From an uncultured Bacteroidia bacterium (lineage in GTDB: Bacteria; Bacteroidota; Bacteroidia; NS11-12g; UBA955): a stretch of DNA of 64,000 nucleotides. The notes under the pieces are model-generated. The model worked only from the letters and a program-made list of their open reading frames with translations, was not told where the DNA came from and did not search any database. This document shows positions 29,856 to 39,654 of this stretch, one piece after another. The position numbers and the translations under genes were made by a program. How positions within the stretch are numbered: the stretch's first letter is position 1; the number at the start of each line of letters is the position of its first letter. Where the stretch lies: the NCBI GenBank assembly GCA_938086785.1, contig CALKCM010000003.1:9930-73929 (forward strand). The letters run 5' to 3'.

Positions 29856-30884
29856 GTGCATTTAAAGAAAAATTGGTGGAAATATTTAGGAATTCTACTC
29901 ATTTTATTTTCCATGGTTGGAGGACTACTTACTCCTCTTAAGGTATCCCTTACAGCGGTAAGTCCATATGATTTAGTCGCAGGGGAAATGCAAGAAATAG
30001 ATCTATCCATTTACAATCCAGGAGTACATCCAGAAGTCAATAAAATTTTATTTAGCAAAGATTCCATTTCATTTGAAGCCGATTTTGTTTCTTGGAAAAA
30101 TACTGGAATAGCTCAGGCCAAGGTAAGAGTGCCTGCCAATGTTGGAAAAGATTCCATCATTTTTGATGTATTTGCCAAGGTAAATGGCATTTGGAGTAAG
30201 TTAAATTATGGGGCTCGAGTGATTCATAACGACGATTCTGCCGCTTTAGCCATTGTAACAAAACTTAGTAATGACGAAAAACAGAGTCTGGCCAATGGTT
30301 CATTTCCATTTTTAACCTTGCTCTACGAGAGCATACGAAATTTGGTTTTTCATGTTCCCTTATGGTTCTCCATGATTGCTCTTTTAGGAGCCAGTTGTTG
30401 GCATTCCATTAAATATTTACGCAAGCCTATCTTAGAGGTGGACGCAAAAGTTTACTCCTTGGTAAATGTAGCCATCCTATGTGGTATTTTAGGTTGTATT
30501 ACCGGCGCGGTATGGGCTAAAGTAACTTGGGGAGGATACTGGCCAAAAGAAGACCCAAAACTACAGGGAGTGGCCATTGGTATGTTTATGTACCTCGCCT
30601 ATATGCTTCTGCGAATGTCCATCACAGACCCGTACCAAAAAGCAAAGCTATCCGCTCAATACAATATATTCATATTTCCAATTTTTATTGCTCTTATTGC
30701 AATTATGCCTAAACTTTCGCCCACCTCACTGCATCCAGGAACTGGGGGAACAGTAGGCTTTAATCAATATGATATGAATAATACGCTTAGAATGTACTTT
30801 TACCCTGCCGTGGCTGGGTGGATTATGTTCTTTTTGTGGCTTGCCAATATTAAATATAAAATAGAACGAAGAAAGATTAAATGA
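29856..30884 (+). CDS. ccmC: cytochrome c biogenesis heme exporter CcmC/CcsA family, with an approximately 140-aa N-terminal extension
   Basis: 342 aa. Trp-rich WWD-like motif (WAKVTWGGYWPKEDPK) and conserved His-bearing TM helices. The N-terminal extension has one TM and a soluble domain. Confidence 0.75.
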   Translation: MHLKKNWWKYLGILLILFSMVGGLLTPLKVSLTAVSPYDLVAGEMQEIDLSIYNPGVHPEVNKILFSKDSISFEADFVSWKNTGIAQAKVRVPANVGKDSIIFDVFAKVNGIWSKLNYGARVIHNDDSAALAIVTKLSNDEKQSLANGSFPFLTLLYESIRNLVFHVPLWFSMIALLGASCWHSIKYLRKPILEVDAKVYSLVNVAILCGILGCITGAVWAKVTWGGYWPKEDPKLQGVAIGMFMYLAYMLLRMSITDPYQKAKLSAQYNIFIFPIFIALIAIMPKLSPTSLHPGTGGTVGFNQYDMNNTLRMYFYPAVAGWIMFFLWLANIKYKIERRKIK

Positions 30885-31075
30885 AACAATTCAAAGGAAT
30901 ACTAAGCCTTTTTGCACTTTTTGCTTCTGCAGCATTGCAAGCGGGAACCGCAGAAGAGGTTTTAAGAGGAAATGCAAAGCACAATGTGGTTATTACCGTT
31001 CTAATAGTCATATTTCTTGGTATTGCTTTATACATGATTCGCTTGGATCGAAAAATTAATAAATTAGATAAATGA
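30881..31075 (+). CDS. small membrane protein, CcmD-like
   Basis: 64 aa single-TM protein between ccmC and ccmE. Its start overlaps the ccmC stop. Called from position and size only. Confidence 0.4.
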   Translation: MKQFKGILSLFALFASAALQAGTAEEVLRGNAKHNVVITVLIVIFLGIALYMIRLDRKINKLDK

Positions 31076-31464
31076 AACTAAGTCACATCATTTTGCTTGT
31101 TATTGCCGCCGTTGGAATAGGTGTAGTAGTAAGTTTATACGGAGACACAACCAGTTATGTGGGCTTTGATGGAGCAAAAAATATAGCTAAAGACGATCCA
31201 GATAAGCAAGTGCATGTTTTATGTACTCTGGATGAAAGTAAAGCCATAGAATACAATCCCAAGATCGATGCAAATTATCTTGTATTTCATGCCATCGATT
31301 CTCTAAATGTTGGCAGTAAAATTGTTTATCACCACCCAAAGCCATCTGAGATGGGTAAGGGCGGCAGTAAGATACTCCTAATAGGTAAATACAAAGAAGA
31401 TCATTTTTTAGCAGATGACATTAAGAGTAAATGTCCAAGTAAATACGAAGAAGCCCCAGAATAA
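31072..31464 (+). CDS. ccmE: cytochrome c maturation heme chaperone CcmE-like
   Basis: 130 aa. N-terminal TM anchor, an OB-fold-like soluble domain, and a position between ccmC/D and ccmF typical of System I operons. The His motif is diverged (KYKEDHFLADD). Confidence 0.55.
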   Translation: MKLSHIILLVIAAVGIGVVVSLYGDTTSYVGFDGAKNIAKDDPDKQVHVLCTLDESKAIEYNPKIDANYLVFHAIDSLNVGSKIVYHHPKPSEMGKGGSKILLIGKYKEDHFLADDIKSKCPSKYEEAPE

Positions 31465-34062
31465 GTGGAGAAAATTACATTTTTAAATGAAACATTGTGG
31501 CCTGGTAATCTAGGACATTTTTTTGTGGTGTTAGCCTTTATGGCTGCCATATTTTCAACGCTGGTTTTTTTCTTTAATAGTAAAGAACAAGATGCCAAGC
31601 AAATGGCTTGGGCTAAAGTAGCCTTTAAAATTCAGTTCGCATCCGTTGTAGGTATCTTTATTACCTTATTCTACATCATATTTGCTCACCTTTACGAGTA
31701 TCATTATGCCTGGAAACACAGCAGCAATACATTGCCGCTCAAGTACATGATATCCTGTTTTTGGGAAGGGCAAGAAGGGAGTTTCCTTCTATGGATGTTC
31801 TGGACCGGCTTTATTGGAATGATTCTGTTGCGGAAATCTGATAAGTTTATGCCAGGTGTTTTGGCTGTTATTGCCTTTACTCAAGTAGCTCTAGGAAGCA
31901 TGTTGCTAGGAGTAGAAGTTCCATTATTGGATTTTACTATTGGCAGCTCACCCTTTGATTTATTGCGTTTAAAAAGTCCCGATAGTTTAAATATTCCCAT
32001 TTTGGCAGCCAAAGGAAAGGCTGCCTATTTAGAAATATATAAAGATGGAAACGGGTTAAATCAATTGTTGCAAAACCCTTGGATGGTTATTCATCCGCCT
32101 ACATTATTCTTTGGTTTTGCCACAGCCGTCGTTCCCTTTGCTTACAGTTTAACAGCTATATGGATTAAGGATACACGAGATTGGTTGCGACCAGCGCTAA
32201 TTTGGAGTTTAATATGTGTTGGAATTTTAGGTGTAGGAATTATGATGGGAGGCTGGTGGGCCTATGAAAGTTTAAGCTTTGGTGGGTATTGGGCCTGGGA
32301 TCCAGTGGAAAATGCGAGTTTATTGCCCTGGTTAATTATGGCAGCAGCCATGCATATGGTTCTTATTGCTCGGGCTACAGGTCGACAAATTTTTGGTTCT
32401 CATTTTCTTTTGCAACTCAGTTTTCTTTTGGTACTCTACGCTACTTTTTTAACGCGCAGCGGAATTTTAGGAGAAGCCAGTGTGCATAGTTTTACAGATT
32501 TAGGATTGAGTGGTCAGTTGCTCTTATTCCTTTTTACTTTTATATGGATTAGCTTATGGGTTACCATAGATAATAAAAAACTTTTAAGAGTCGTACAATG
32601 GGGGTTCCCAATTCTTGTACTCTTCATTGTGCTTTTGAGCAGCCTTTTGCCTGCATCCAACTTAGAAGCTTTTGGACTTGGAACAAAATGGCTAAATATT
32701 GGCCTGCTTACAGCCTCTATTGGAGGATACATCTACTTTTTGCGCAAGAGAACAAACAGCGTAGATGGAGATGAAAAGTGGACCAGCAGAGAGTTCTGGA
32801 TGCTTATTGGAAGCATGTTGCTTATTTTAAGTTTAGTGCAGGTTATTTCCAGCACAAGTATACCCGTAATTAATAAAGTTTTTGGATATAATATGGCAGT
32901 TCCAGAAGCTCAAAAATACAACGATATCCAATTGTGGATGGCCATGCCAATCATGTTAATGATGGCTTTGGGGCAGTGGTTTAGATATAGAGATACAGAT
33001 TTAGCTAAACTTAAGAAACCCTTAACTATATCCCTTAGTATATCTATATTAATTACCTTATTGCTTACCATGGCTTGGGAATTTAGAGAGATAGGTTTTG
33101 TGCTTTTCTTGTTCTTTTCCATTTGGCTCATCATCAGTAATACTCAGTACTATATTGCCAACCGAAAAATTGGTTTTATGCGCAGCGGTTCCAGCATTGC
33201 TCACGCCGGGTTTGGTGTTTTAATGGTAGGAATTATTGTTTCTTCGGTAAATAAGAAAATACTTTCAGCATCGTCCAATGGTCTAAGTTTAATTTCTGAG
33301 ACCAACGAGAAAGGTGAGAAAGACCAGAGTGCTTTTGATTTTAATCATCAAAATAGAATTTTATTTAAAAATGTTCCAGACCAAATAGGTCCTTATACCG
33401 TAAAGTATTCGAAAGATACAATTATGGGAGAGAAAGGCATAGATAAAGTTTTCTATTTAAATTTTTACAACAAAGATGAAAACTTTGAAGTGCAGCCAAC
33501 CATCCAAAATAATCCTAAAATGGGTTTGTTGGCTGAGCCTAGTACCAAACATTATCTGCACAAAGATGTATTTACTCATGTAAATTATGAGAGTGGCCAA
33601 GATAAGAAAGAGCCTTATGCCCAGTTTAAAACCGTAGAAGTGGTAGAAGGAGAAACCTTTCTTTCCAGTTCAGGAAAAATAAAGTACACCATTCTATCCA
33701 TGGAAAAAGCGCAGGGCGTGGCGGGGCTTGCTGTACGTTTTCAGGTATATGCCGAGCGTTTAAGTGATACCGGTATGCTGTATCCAATATTTACGATGGA
33801 TCCAGAATCTGGCCAAATACAAACCATTGCAGCCCAAAAGGATGAGCTGGGAGCTTTAATAAGTATTGAAGAAATTAAACCCAATGCAACAGGCGCTTCG
33901 TATAAAGTAACAGTGGGCGAGAAAGAACCAACCAAAGACTATGTGGTTATGAAAGTGTTGGAATTTCCTTGGATTAATTTAGTTTGGTTAGGCACTATTT
34001 TGGTGGGCCTTGGTTTTGGCGTTTCAGCTTTTAATAGGGCAAGAGAGAAGGTATTGGGATGA
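31465..34062 (+). CDS. ccmF: cytochrome c-type biogenesis protein CcmF (heme lyase, CcmF/NrfE family)
   Basis: 865 aa polytopic protein. WWD motif GGWWAYESLSFGGYWAWDPVENASLLPWL and conserved histidines. Confidence 0.85.
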   Translation: MEKITFLNETLWPGNLGHFFVVLAFMAAIFSTLVFFFNSKEQDAKQMAWAKVAFKIQFASVVGIFITLFYIIFAHLYEYHYAWKHSSNTLPLKYMISCFWEGQEGSFLLWMFWTGFIGMILLRKSDKFMPGVLAVIAFTQVALGSMLLGVEVPLLDFTIGSSPFDLLRLKSPDSLNIPILAAKGKAAYLEIYKDGNGLNQLLQNPWMVIHPPTLFFGFATAVVPFAYSLTAIWIKDTRDWLRPALIWSLICVGILGVGIMMGGWWAYESLSFGGYWAWDPVENASLLPWLIMAAAMHMVLIARATGRQIFGSHFLLQLSFLLVLYATFLTRSGILGEASVHSFTDLGLSGQLLLFLFTFIWISLWVTIDNKKLLRVVQWGFPILVLFIVLLSSLLPASNLEAFGLGTKWLNIGLLTASIGGYIYFLRKRTNSVDGDEKWTSREFWMLIGSMLLILSLVQVISSTSIPVINKVFGYNMAVPEAQKYNDIQLWMAMPIMLMMALGQWFRYRDTDLAKLKKPLTISLSISILITLLLTMAWEFREIGFVLFLFFSIWLIISNTQYYIANRKIGFMRSGSSIAHAGFGVLMVGIIVSSVNKKILSASSNGLSLISETNEKGEKDQSAFDFNHQNRILFKNVPDQIGPYTVKYSKDTIMGEKGIDKVFYLNFYNKDENFEVQPTIQNNPKMGLLAEPSTKHYLHKDVFTHVNYESGQDKKEPYAQFKTVEVVEGETFLSSSGKIKYTILSMEKAQGVAGLAVRFQVYAERLSDTGMLYPIFTMDPESGQIQTIAAQKDELGALISIEEIKPNATGASYKVTVGEKEPTKDYVVMKVLEFPWINLVWLGTILVGLGFGVSAFNRAREKVLG

Positions 34063-34775
34063 GACAAAGAATAAGCATATTGGGAGCTGGTAGAGTAGGC
34101 CAAGCTTTGTATGACTTATTCAAAAATCTAAAATACCCCGTTGTTATAAGTTCAAGCCGAGCAGGATTTAGTTATACATATGCTCAATCAGAGATTCAAG
34201 AGGATGATTTGGTTTTTATTACCTGCCCGAGTGCTGTTATTTCTGAAATTTCTCAGGACTTAAGTCAAACGAAAGCAAGCCTGATTCATTGCAGCGGAGC
34301 TGATTCCGTAGATATACTCAAATCTGCTAAAAAAGGTGTTTTTTACCCTTTGCAAACCTTTTCGGGGCAGAATATAGTTTGGGAAAACATTCCTATATTT
34401 ATTCAAGGGGATGAGAAAACCAAGCAGCAATTGGTAAAATTGGCTGAGGATTGTGGTTTAAAATATCAAATAAGTACGGATCAAGAACGTGAGAGGCTCC
34501 ATTTAGCGGCCGTTTTTGCGAACAACTTTACCAATGCCATCTTTCAGGCCAGCCATCAAGTTCTAAAATCTTTGCCTTTCGATTATCTCATTCCGCTCAT
34601 TGAGGAAACCGTTCGAAATGCAATGGCTCATGATCCAAAAGAAGCCCAGACCGGTCCAGCTATTCGCGGAGATGAGGGCACTATTCAAAAGCATTTAGAA
34701 ATGTTATCTGATTCGCCAAGTGAAGCAGAAGTATATCGAATCTTGACGGATTATATTAAGGAGTGGGAGAAGTAA
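34059..34775 (+). CDS. Rossmann-like DUF2520 domain protein (putative NADP-dependent oxidoreductase-like)
   Basis: 238 aa. N-terminal ISILGAGRVGQAL dinucleotide-binding motif. Size and layout match the Bacteroidota DUF2520 family. Confidence 0.65.
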   Translation: MRQRISILGAGRVGQALYDLFKNLKYPVVISSSRAGFSYTYAQSEIQEDDLVFITCPSAVISEISQDLSQTKASLIHCSGADSVDILKSAKKGVFYPLQTFSGQNIVWENIPIFIQGDEKTKQQLVKLAEDCGLKYQISTDQERERLHLAAVFANNFTNAIFQASHQVLKSLPFDYLIPLIEETVRNAMAHDPKEAQTGPAIRGDEGTIQKHLEMLSDSPSEAEVYRILTDYIKEWEK

Positions 34776-34811
34776 CTTAACTGTTGGCCTTACATTGTGT
34801 AGTTTGGCTCA

Positions 34812-37427
34812 CTAAAGTAAATTCATTTGCCCGCTATTTTTATCTACATTTTCAGAGATATTTTGCGATTCTCGCGGGGGCGCTTCTCCAATTAATTCAC
34901 CCGTATGTTTTATTTTCTTAAGTTTGTCCTGACTCAATCGATTCCCCAGCGCTTTCCAGCCCTTAATATCAATGAATTCTTTTAAATTTAGGTTCCACGA
35001 GTCTTTCTCTTTTTTCTTGTTTTCCGTCGTTATGAGTAATTCAATGGCTGAATTGGTGCTTACAAATAGAAGCTTACTCTTTTTTTCTTCACTAATATAT
35101 AAAAACGCCTTATCTAAAGTGGTGGTTTCAATTAAAAACCGTTTGACGTATTGCTTCCCTGATTTTCCATCTTCATGAATTGCATTAATGGCTTGGTTTG
35201 GATAGAATTTTTGAATTATTTCAACGTGAGCTGCATCAAACCTCCTATTTGCCTCAGGTTTTACCAGTTCATATTCTCCTGATTTGCTTAAAATGAGTAA
35301 TAAATCTTCTCCGTAAAACTCTCCTAACTCTTGCCCATAGCCGTCTGTATTTATGCGACCTGTTGCGGAATCCCACCAAAAGTGAATTCCACCCAGAGTG
35401 CTGATTCCCTTTTCCTTTAGTTCAATTTTTCGAACAGGATATTTGGTCAACAAGTTTCCTTTGCTTGTTTTTCCTTTAATCGCTAGCGTACTAAAATCAT
35501 ATTCGAATTGCTTAAGACGGGCATTTGCCATATTACTCAAGTGCACCATTACTTTCTCTGCTTCTCCATTTGGGTTTACACTGAAATATTGAAGCTTGCT
35601 CTTCGGGTTGCCTGCAGTTATATCATATTCTCGATCGCGAATCATGCTGGTCGCATTAAATCGCTTAACCATAGATTTTTTGCTGGTTCCATCATGATAC
35701 ACCGCATTATAAGTGGTCCGATCGTCGTTTTTGCGCCAAACATCTACATGTATCAGGTTTTTGCCAACAAAATTCTTCGCACTAATTTTAGTTACGGAGT
35801 ACTTTCCATCCTCACCTATTGCGATGATATCGTCCAAATCACTGCATTCGCAAATGAAAGTATCCTTTTTTAAGCTGGTTCCAATAAAACCTTCTTCAAA
35901 ATTGGCATATAATTTAACATTTGCAACAGCTACAACCTGAGCTGTAATTGTTCCAAAATTGGCTATTTTGGTTTTGCGTTCCCGCCCTTTTCCGTATTTT
36001 TTTAATAACCGTTCGTAATGGTTAATGGTATAGTCCACCAGATTTTCAAGGTACCCTTTGGTGATCGCAATTTCATCCTCCAAAGACTGGATAATTTCGT
36101 CTGCTTTAAAAGAATCAAATTTAGAGATGCGCTTAATTTTAATTTCTGTAAGTCTTACAATATCCTCCTCATTCACCTCTCGCTTTAAATGCTTAATGTG
36201 GGGTTTTAATCCTTTATCAATAGCCTCAATAACAGCCTCCCAGGTTTCACACTCTTCAATATCTCGATAAATTCTATTCTCTATGAATATTTTTTCTAAG
36301 CTACTAAAATGCCACTTGTTTTCCAGTTCTTGCATGCGAATATTTAACTCGCTTCGGAGCAAGTGCATGGTGTTTTGGGTGTTTAATTTTAGAATATCGG
36401 TGGCTCCAATAAACTCAGGTTTATTATCTACAATAACGCAACAGAGTGGAGATATGCTCACTTCACAATCGGTAAAAGCATACAGCGCATCAATGATTTG
36501 ATCGTTGCTAATTCCACTGGCTACCTGAACTTCAATCTCAACTTCTGCAGCTGTATTGTCAATTACTTTTTTAATTTTTATTTTCCCCTTATCATTGGCT
36601 TTGATAATACTATCAATAAGCGAAGAAGTTGTTGTGCCAAAAGGAATCTCTTTAACCAGAATGGTGTTTTTATCCTTTTCTTCAATTGTTGCTCTGCAGC
36701 GGATACGAGACCCCTTATACCCATTATTGTATTGTGAAAAGTCTGCAGATCCTCCCGTAGGAAAATCAGGAAGTAATTCAATTTTCTTGCCTTTGAGCAA
36801 ATGAACACTAGCCTTGCATAGTTCAATGAAATTATGCGGCATAATTTTAGTGCTTAATCCAACTGCAATTCCTTCAACTCCTTGGGTAAGCAGCAAGGGA
36901 AACTTTACCGGAAGCGTTACAGGTTCTTTCTTACGACCGTCATAACTCAGCTGCCATTCGGTAGTTTTATCATTAAAAACAACATCCTTGGCAAAGGTGC
37001 TTAAGCGTACCTCAATATAACGAGGGGCAGCCGATCGGTCTCCAGTTCGAACATCTCCCCAGTTTCCTTGGGTGTCAAAAACCAATTCCTTTTGACCCAT
37101 ATTAACCAAGGCATCTCCAATAGCGGCATCTCCATGTGGATGATACTGCATGGTCGCACCAATTACGTTGGCCACTTTGTTGAAACGCCCATCATCCATG
37201 ACATTGAGGGCGTGTAAGATTCTTCGTTGAACAGGTTTTAAGCCATCCTCCAAAGCAGGAACAGCTCGCTCTAGAATAACGTAGCTGGCATAGTCGAGAA
37301 ACCAGTTTTTATACATGCCAGAGACCACTTCAGATTTCCCAAACCTTTGGGTATCATCTGTATTCTCTGCACTCTCTTGATTATCTAAGCCCTCGTTTTC
37401 TTCCACTGGATTACAAATTAAAAACAA
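34812..37427 (-). CDS. parC: DNA gyrase/topoisomerase IV subunit A (ParC-like)
   Basis: 871 aa. GyrA/ParC N-terminal breakage-reunion domain (YASYVILERAVPALEDGLKPVQRRILHAL, YHPHGDAAIGDALV, active-site Tyr region AAPRYIEVRL). Long C-terminal domain as in Bacteroidota ParC. Confidence 0.85.
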   Translation of the reverse strand: MFLICNPVEENEGLDNQESAENTDDTQRFGKSEVVSGMYKNWFLDYASYVILERAVPALEDGLKPVQRRILHALNVMDDGRFNKVANVIGATMQYHPHGDAAIGDALVNMGQKELVFDTQGNWGDVRTGDRSAAPRYIEVRLSTFAKDVVFNDKTTEWQLSYDGRKKEPVTLPVKFPLLLTQGVEGIAVGLSTKIMPHNFIELCKASVHLLKGKKIELLPDFPTGGSADFSQYNNGYKGSRIRCRATIEEKDKNTILVKEIPFGTTTSSLIDSIIKANDKGKIKIKKVIDNTAAEVEIEVQVASGISNDQIIDALYAFTDCEVSISPLCCVIVDNKPEFIGATDILKLNTQNTMHLLRSELNIRMQELENKWHFSSLEKIFIENRIYRDIEECETWEAVIEAIDKGLKPHIKHLKREVNEEDIVRLTEIKIKRISKFDSFKADEIIQSLEDEIAITKGYLENLVDYTINHYERLLKKYGKGRERKTKIANFGTITAQVVAVANVKLYANFEEGFIGTSLKKDTFICECSDLDDIIAIGEDGKYSVTKISAKNFVGKNLIHVDVWRKNDDRTTYNAVYHDGTSKKSMVKRFNATSMIRDREYDITAGNPKSKLQYFSVNPNGEAEKVMVHLSNMANARLKQFEYDFSTLAIKGKTSKGNLLTKYPVRKIELKEKGISTLGGIHFWWDSATGRINTDGYGQELGEFYGEDLLLILSKSGEYELVKPEANRRFDAAHVEIIQKFYPNQAINAIHEDGKSGKQYVKRFLIETTTLDKAFLYISEEKKSKLLFVSTNSAIELLITTENKKKEKDSWNLNLKEFIDIKGWKALGNRLSQDKLKKIKHTGELIGEAPPRESQNISENVDKNSGQMNLL

Positions 37428-37633
37428 AAAAAAGCTTTGTTCTATACCTCTTATTCACATTCGTTTAAACTGAATGAGAACGAGATCAGTAGCCAAATGA
37501 CAGTTCATAGCCAGAAGCGCATTTTTTTCAATTTTTTCTAGATTTTTTTACATTTTTATTCTTTAAAAATATGAGTGTGGTTTCGTATAAATCCTTACTT
37601 TTGCATTTCATAGTATAACTATGTATACGCTCT

Positions 37634-38584
37634 ATGCCAATTGTAATTATTGATGGAAAACAGGTTGAGGTAGCCGCAGGAACAACAATCCTTAATGCTG
37701 CACGAGAAATAGGTGGGGAAACGGTCCCACCAGCCATGTGTTATTATTCTTCGCTCGATGGTAGTGGGGGAAAATGCCGTACATGTTTAGTGGAAGTTAG
37801 TAAGGGAAGTGAAAAAGATCCCAGACCTATGCCCAAATTGATGGCGAGTTGTCAAACTCCCGTTCAAGACGGCATGGAAATTAAAAACAAAACCAGTGAA
37901 CGGGTGCTTGATGCTCGTAAAGGAATTGTTGAAATGTTATTGGCGAACCATCCTTTGGATTGTCCAGTTTGTGACCAAGCAGGTGAGTGTGACTTGCAAA
38001 ATTTGAGTTATGAGCATGGCTTGGCAAAATCGAGGTATGACTTTAAACGTAGAGAATTTGAAAAAATTGATATTGGCCCGTACATAAAGTTACACATGAC
38101 GCGTTGCATTTTGTGCTATCGCTGCGTGTATACAGCCGATCAGTTGACAGAAAAGCGAGAGCACGGAATCCTTAAACGTGGGGATGCGGCAGAAATTAGC
38201 ACATTTATCGAAAATGCATTAGATAACGACTTTATAGGGAATGTTATTGATGTTTGCCCTGTTGGAGCCCTTACGGATAAAACCTTTCGATTTAAGAGCA
38301 GAGTTTGGTATACCAAACCCATGGATGCCCATTGCGATTGTAAGAAATGTGAAGGTAAAGCTGTGCTATGGATGATTGGCGATGAGATTGCCAGAGTGAC
38401 CGGTCGTAAAGATGTAAATGGTGAAGTGAAAGACTTTATCTGCAACGAATGCCGTTTCGAAAAGAAAGAAATGAAAGACTGGACGGTAGAAGGTCCTCGC
38501 AAAATAGATAAACATTCAGTGATTAGTCAAGGGCATTATACCCGCGAAGTTCCATCCCACACTCCTTTATTAAACAAAGCATAA
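37634..38584 (+). CDS. nuoG: NADH-quinone oxidoreductase subunit G, short form (2Fe-2S / 4Fe-4S N-terminal domains only)
   Basis: 316 aa. 2Fe-2S ferredoxin cysteines (CYYSSLDGSGGKCRTCLV), then HPLDCPVCDQAGECDLQ and CILCYRCV...CPVGALTDK cluster motifs. Collinear with E. coli NuoG residues 1 to about 300. Confidence 0.8.
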   Translation: MPIVIIDGKQVEVAAGTTILNAAREIGGETVPPAMCYYSSLDGSGGKCRTCLVEVSKGSEKDPRPMPKLMASCQTPVQDGMEIKNKTSERVLDARKGIVEMLLANHPLDCPVCDQAGECDLQNLSYEHGLAKSRYDFKRREFEKIDIGPYIKLHMTRCILCYRCVYTADQLTEKREHGILKRGDAAEISTFIENALDNDFIGNVIDVCPVGALTDKTFRFKSRVWYTKPMDAHCDCKKCEGKAVLWMIGDEIARVTGRKDVNGEVKDFICNECRFEKKEMKDWTVEGPRKIDKHSVISQGHYTREVPSHTPLLNKA

Positions 38585-39618
38585 TGGAAATAGCTTTACT
38601 CATTGAAAAAGGGATATTAATTCTTATCCTTACTGCCATTACACTGGGAATTGCAACCTACCTCACCTATGGAGAGCGAAAAGTTGCTGCATTAATGCAA
38701 GACAGGATAGGACCAGACAGAGCGGGCCCATTTGGTATATTTCAGCCCTTGGCAGATGCGGGTAAAATGTTCTTTAAAGAAGAAATTATACCTACACACA
38801 GCGAACGTTGGCTCTTTATTTTAGGACCAGCTATAGCCATGGTTACGGCTTGTATTACGAGTGCTGTAATTCCTTGGGGAACAAGCTTAGAGGTTTTTGG
38901 AAGAACTGTAGAGCTTCAGGTAGCTGATGTAGATATAGGTGTGCTTTATATTATGGGTATTGTAAGCATGGGAGTTTACGGAATCATGATTGGTGGATGG
39001 GCTAGTAATAATAAATATTCATTGTTCTCAGCCATTCGAGCGAGTGCTCAAATGATTAGCTATGAGTTAAGCATGGGGCTTGCATTGCTTGCTGTAATCC
39101 TATTAAGTGAGACATTAAGTCTTAAAGATATTGTTGCTCAGCAACATGGTGACTTTGGGATGGGATGGAATATTTTTTACCAACCCATTGGTTTTCTTAT
39201 TTTCTTTATCTGCTCATTGGCAGAATGCAATAGAGCTCCTTTTGATATGGCAGAAGCCGAGAGTGAATTAATTGGAGGATATCATACGGAATATTCATCC
39301 ATGAAACTTGGATTCTATTTATTTGCAGAATATATCAATATGTTTATCAGCTCTGCTTTAATGGCTGCTGTTTATCTGGGAGGATATAATTTCCCGGGGA
39401 TGGATTTATTGCACAATCATCCTACAATTTTGGGATTATTGCAAATAGGAGTTATGTTCACTAAAGTAAGCATCTTTATTTTCATTTTCATGTGGATTCG
39501 CTGGACTTTGCCTCGTTTTAGGTATGACCAGTTGATGAGTCTGGGATGGAAGAGTTTGATTCCTTTAGCCCTTTTAAATTTGATAATAACAGCAGCTGTG
39601 TCACTTTGGCTAGGATAG
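38584..39618 (+). CDS. nuoH: NADH-quinone oxidoreductase subunit H
   Basis: 344 aa. YGERKVAALMQDRIGPDRAGPFGIFQPLADAGKMFFKEEIIP NuoH/ND1 signature. ATG overlaps the nuoG stop. Confidence 0.9.
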   Translation: MEIALLIEKGILILILTAITLGIATYLTYGERKVAALMQDRIGPDRAGPFGIFQPLADAGKMFFKEEIIPTHSERWLFILGPAIAMVTACITSAVIPWGTSLEVFGRTVELQVADVDIGVLYIMGIVSMGVYGIMIGGWASNNKYSLFSAIRASAQMISYELSMGLALLAVILLSETLSLKDIVAQQHGDFGMGWNIFYQPIGFLIFFICSLAECNRAPFDMAEAESELIGGYHTEYSSMKLGFYLFAEYINMFISSALMAAVYLGGYNFPGMDLLHNHPTILGLLQIGVMFTKVSIFIFIFMWIRWTLPRFRYDQLMSLGWKSLIPLALLNLIITAAVSLWLG

Positions 39619-39654
39619 TAAATATTAAAACAAAAAAATATATAAAAAAATATC

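Noticed and set aside
35398-36826. Cluster of 60-120-aa plus-strand ORFs overlapping the parC-like gene
   Set aside because: All are antisense to an 871-aa topoisomerase gene with clear GyrA/ParC motifs. None has start or signal features.
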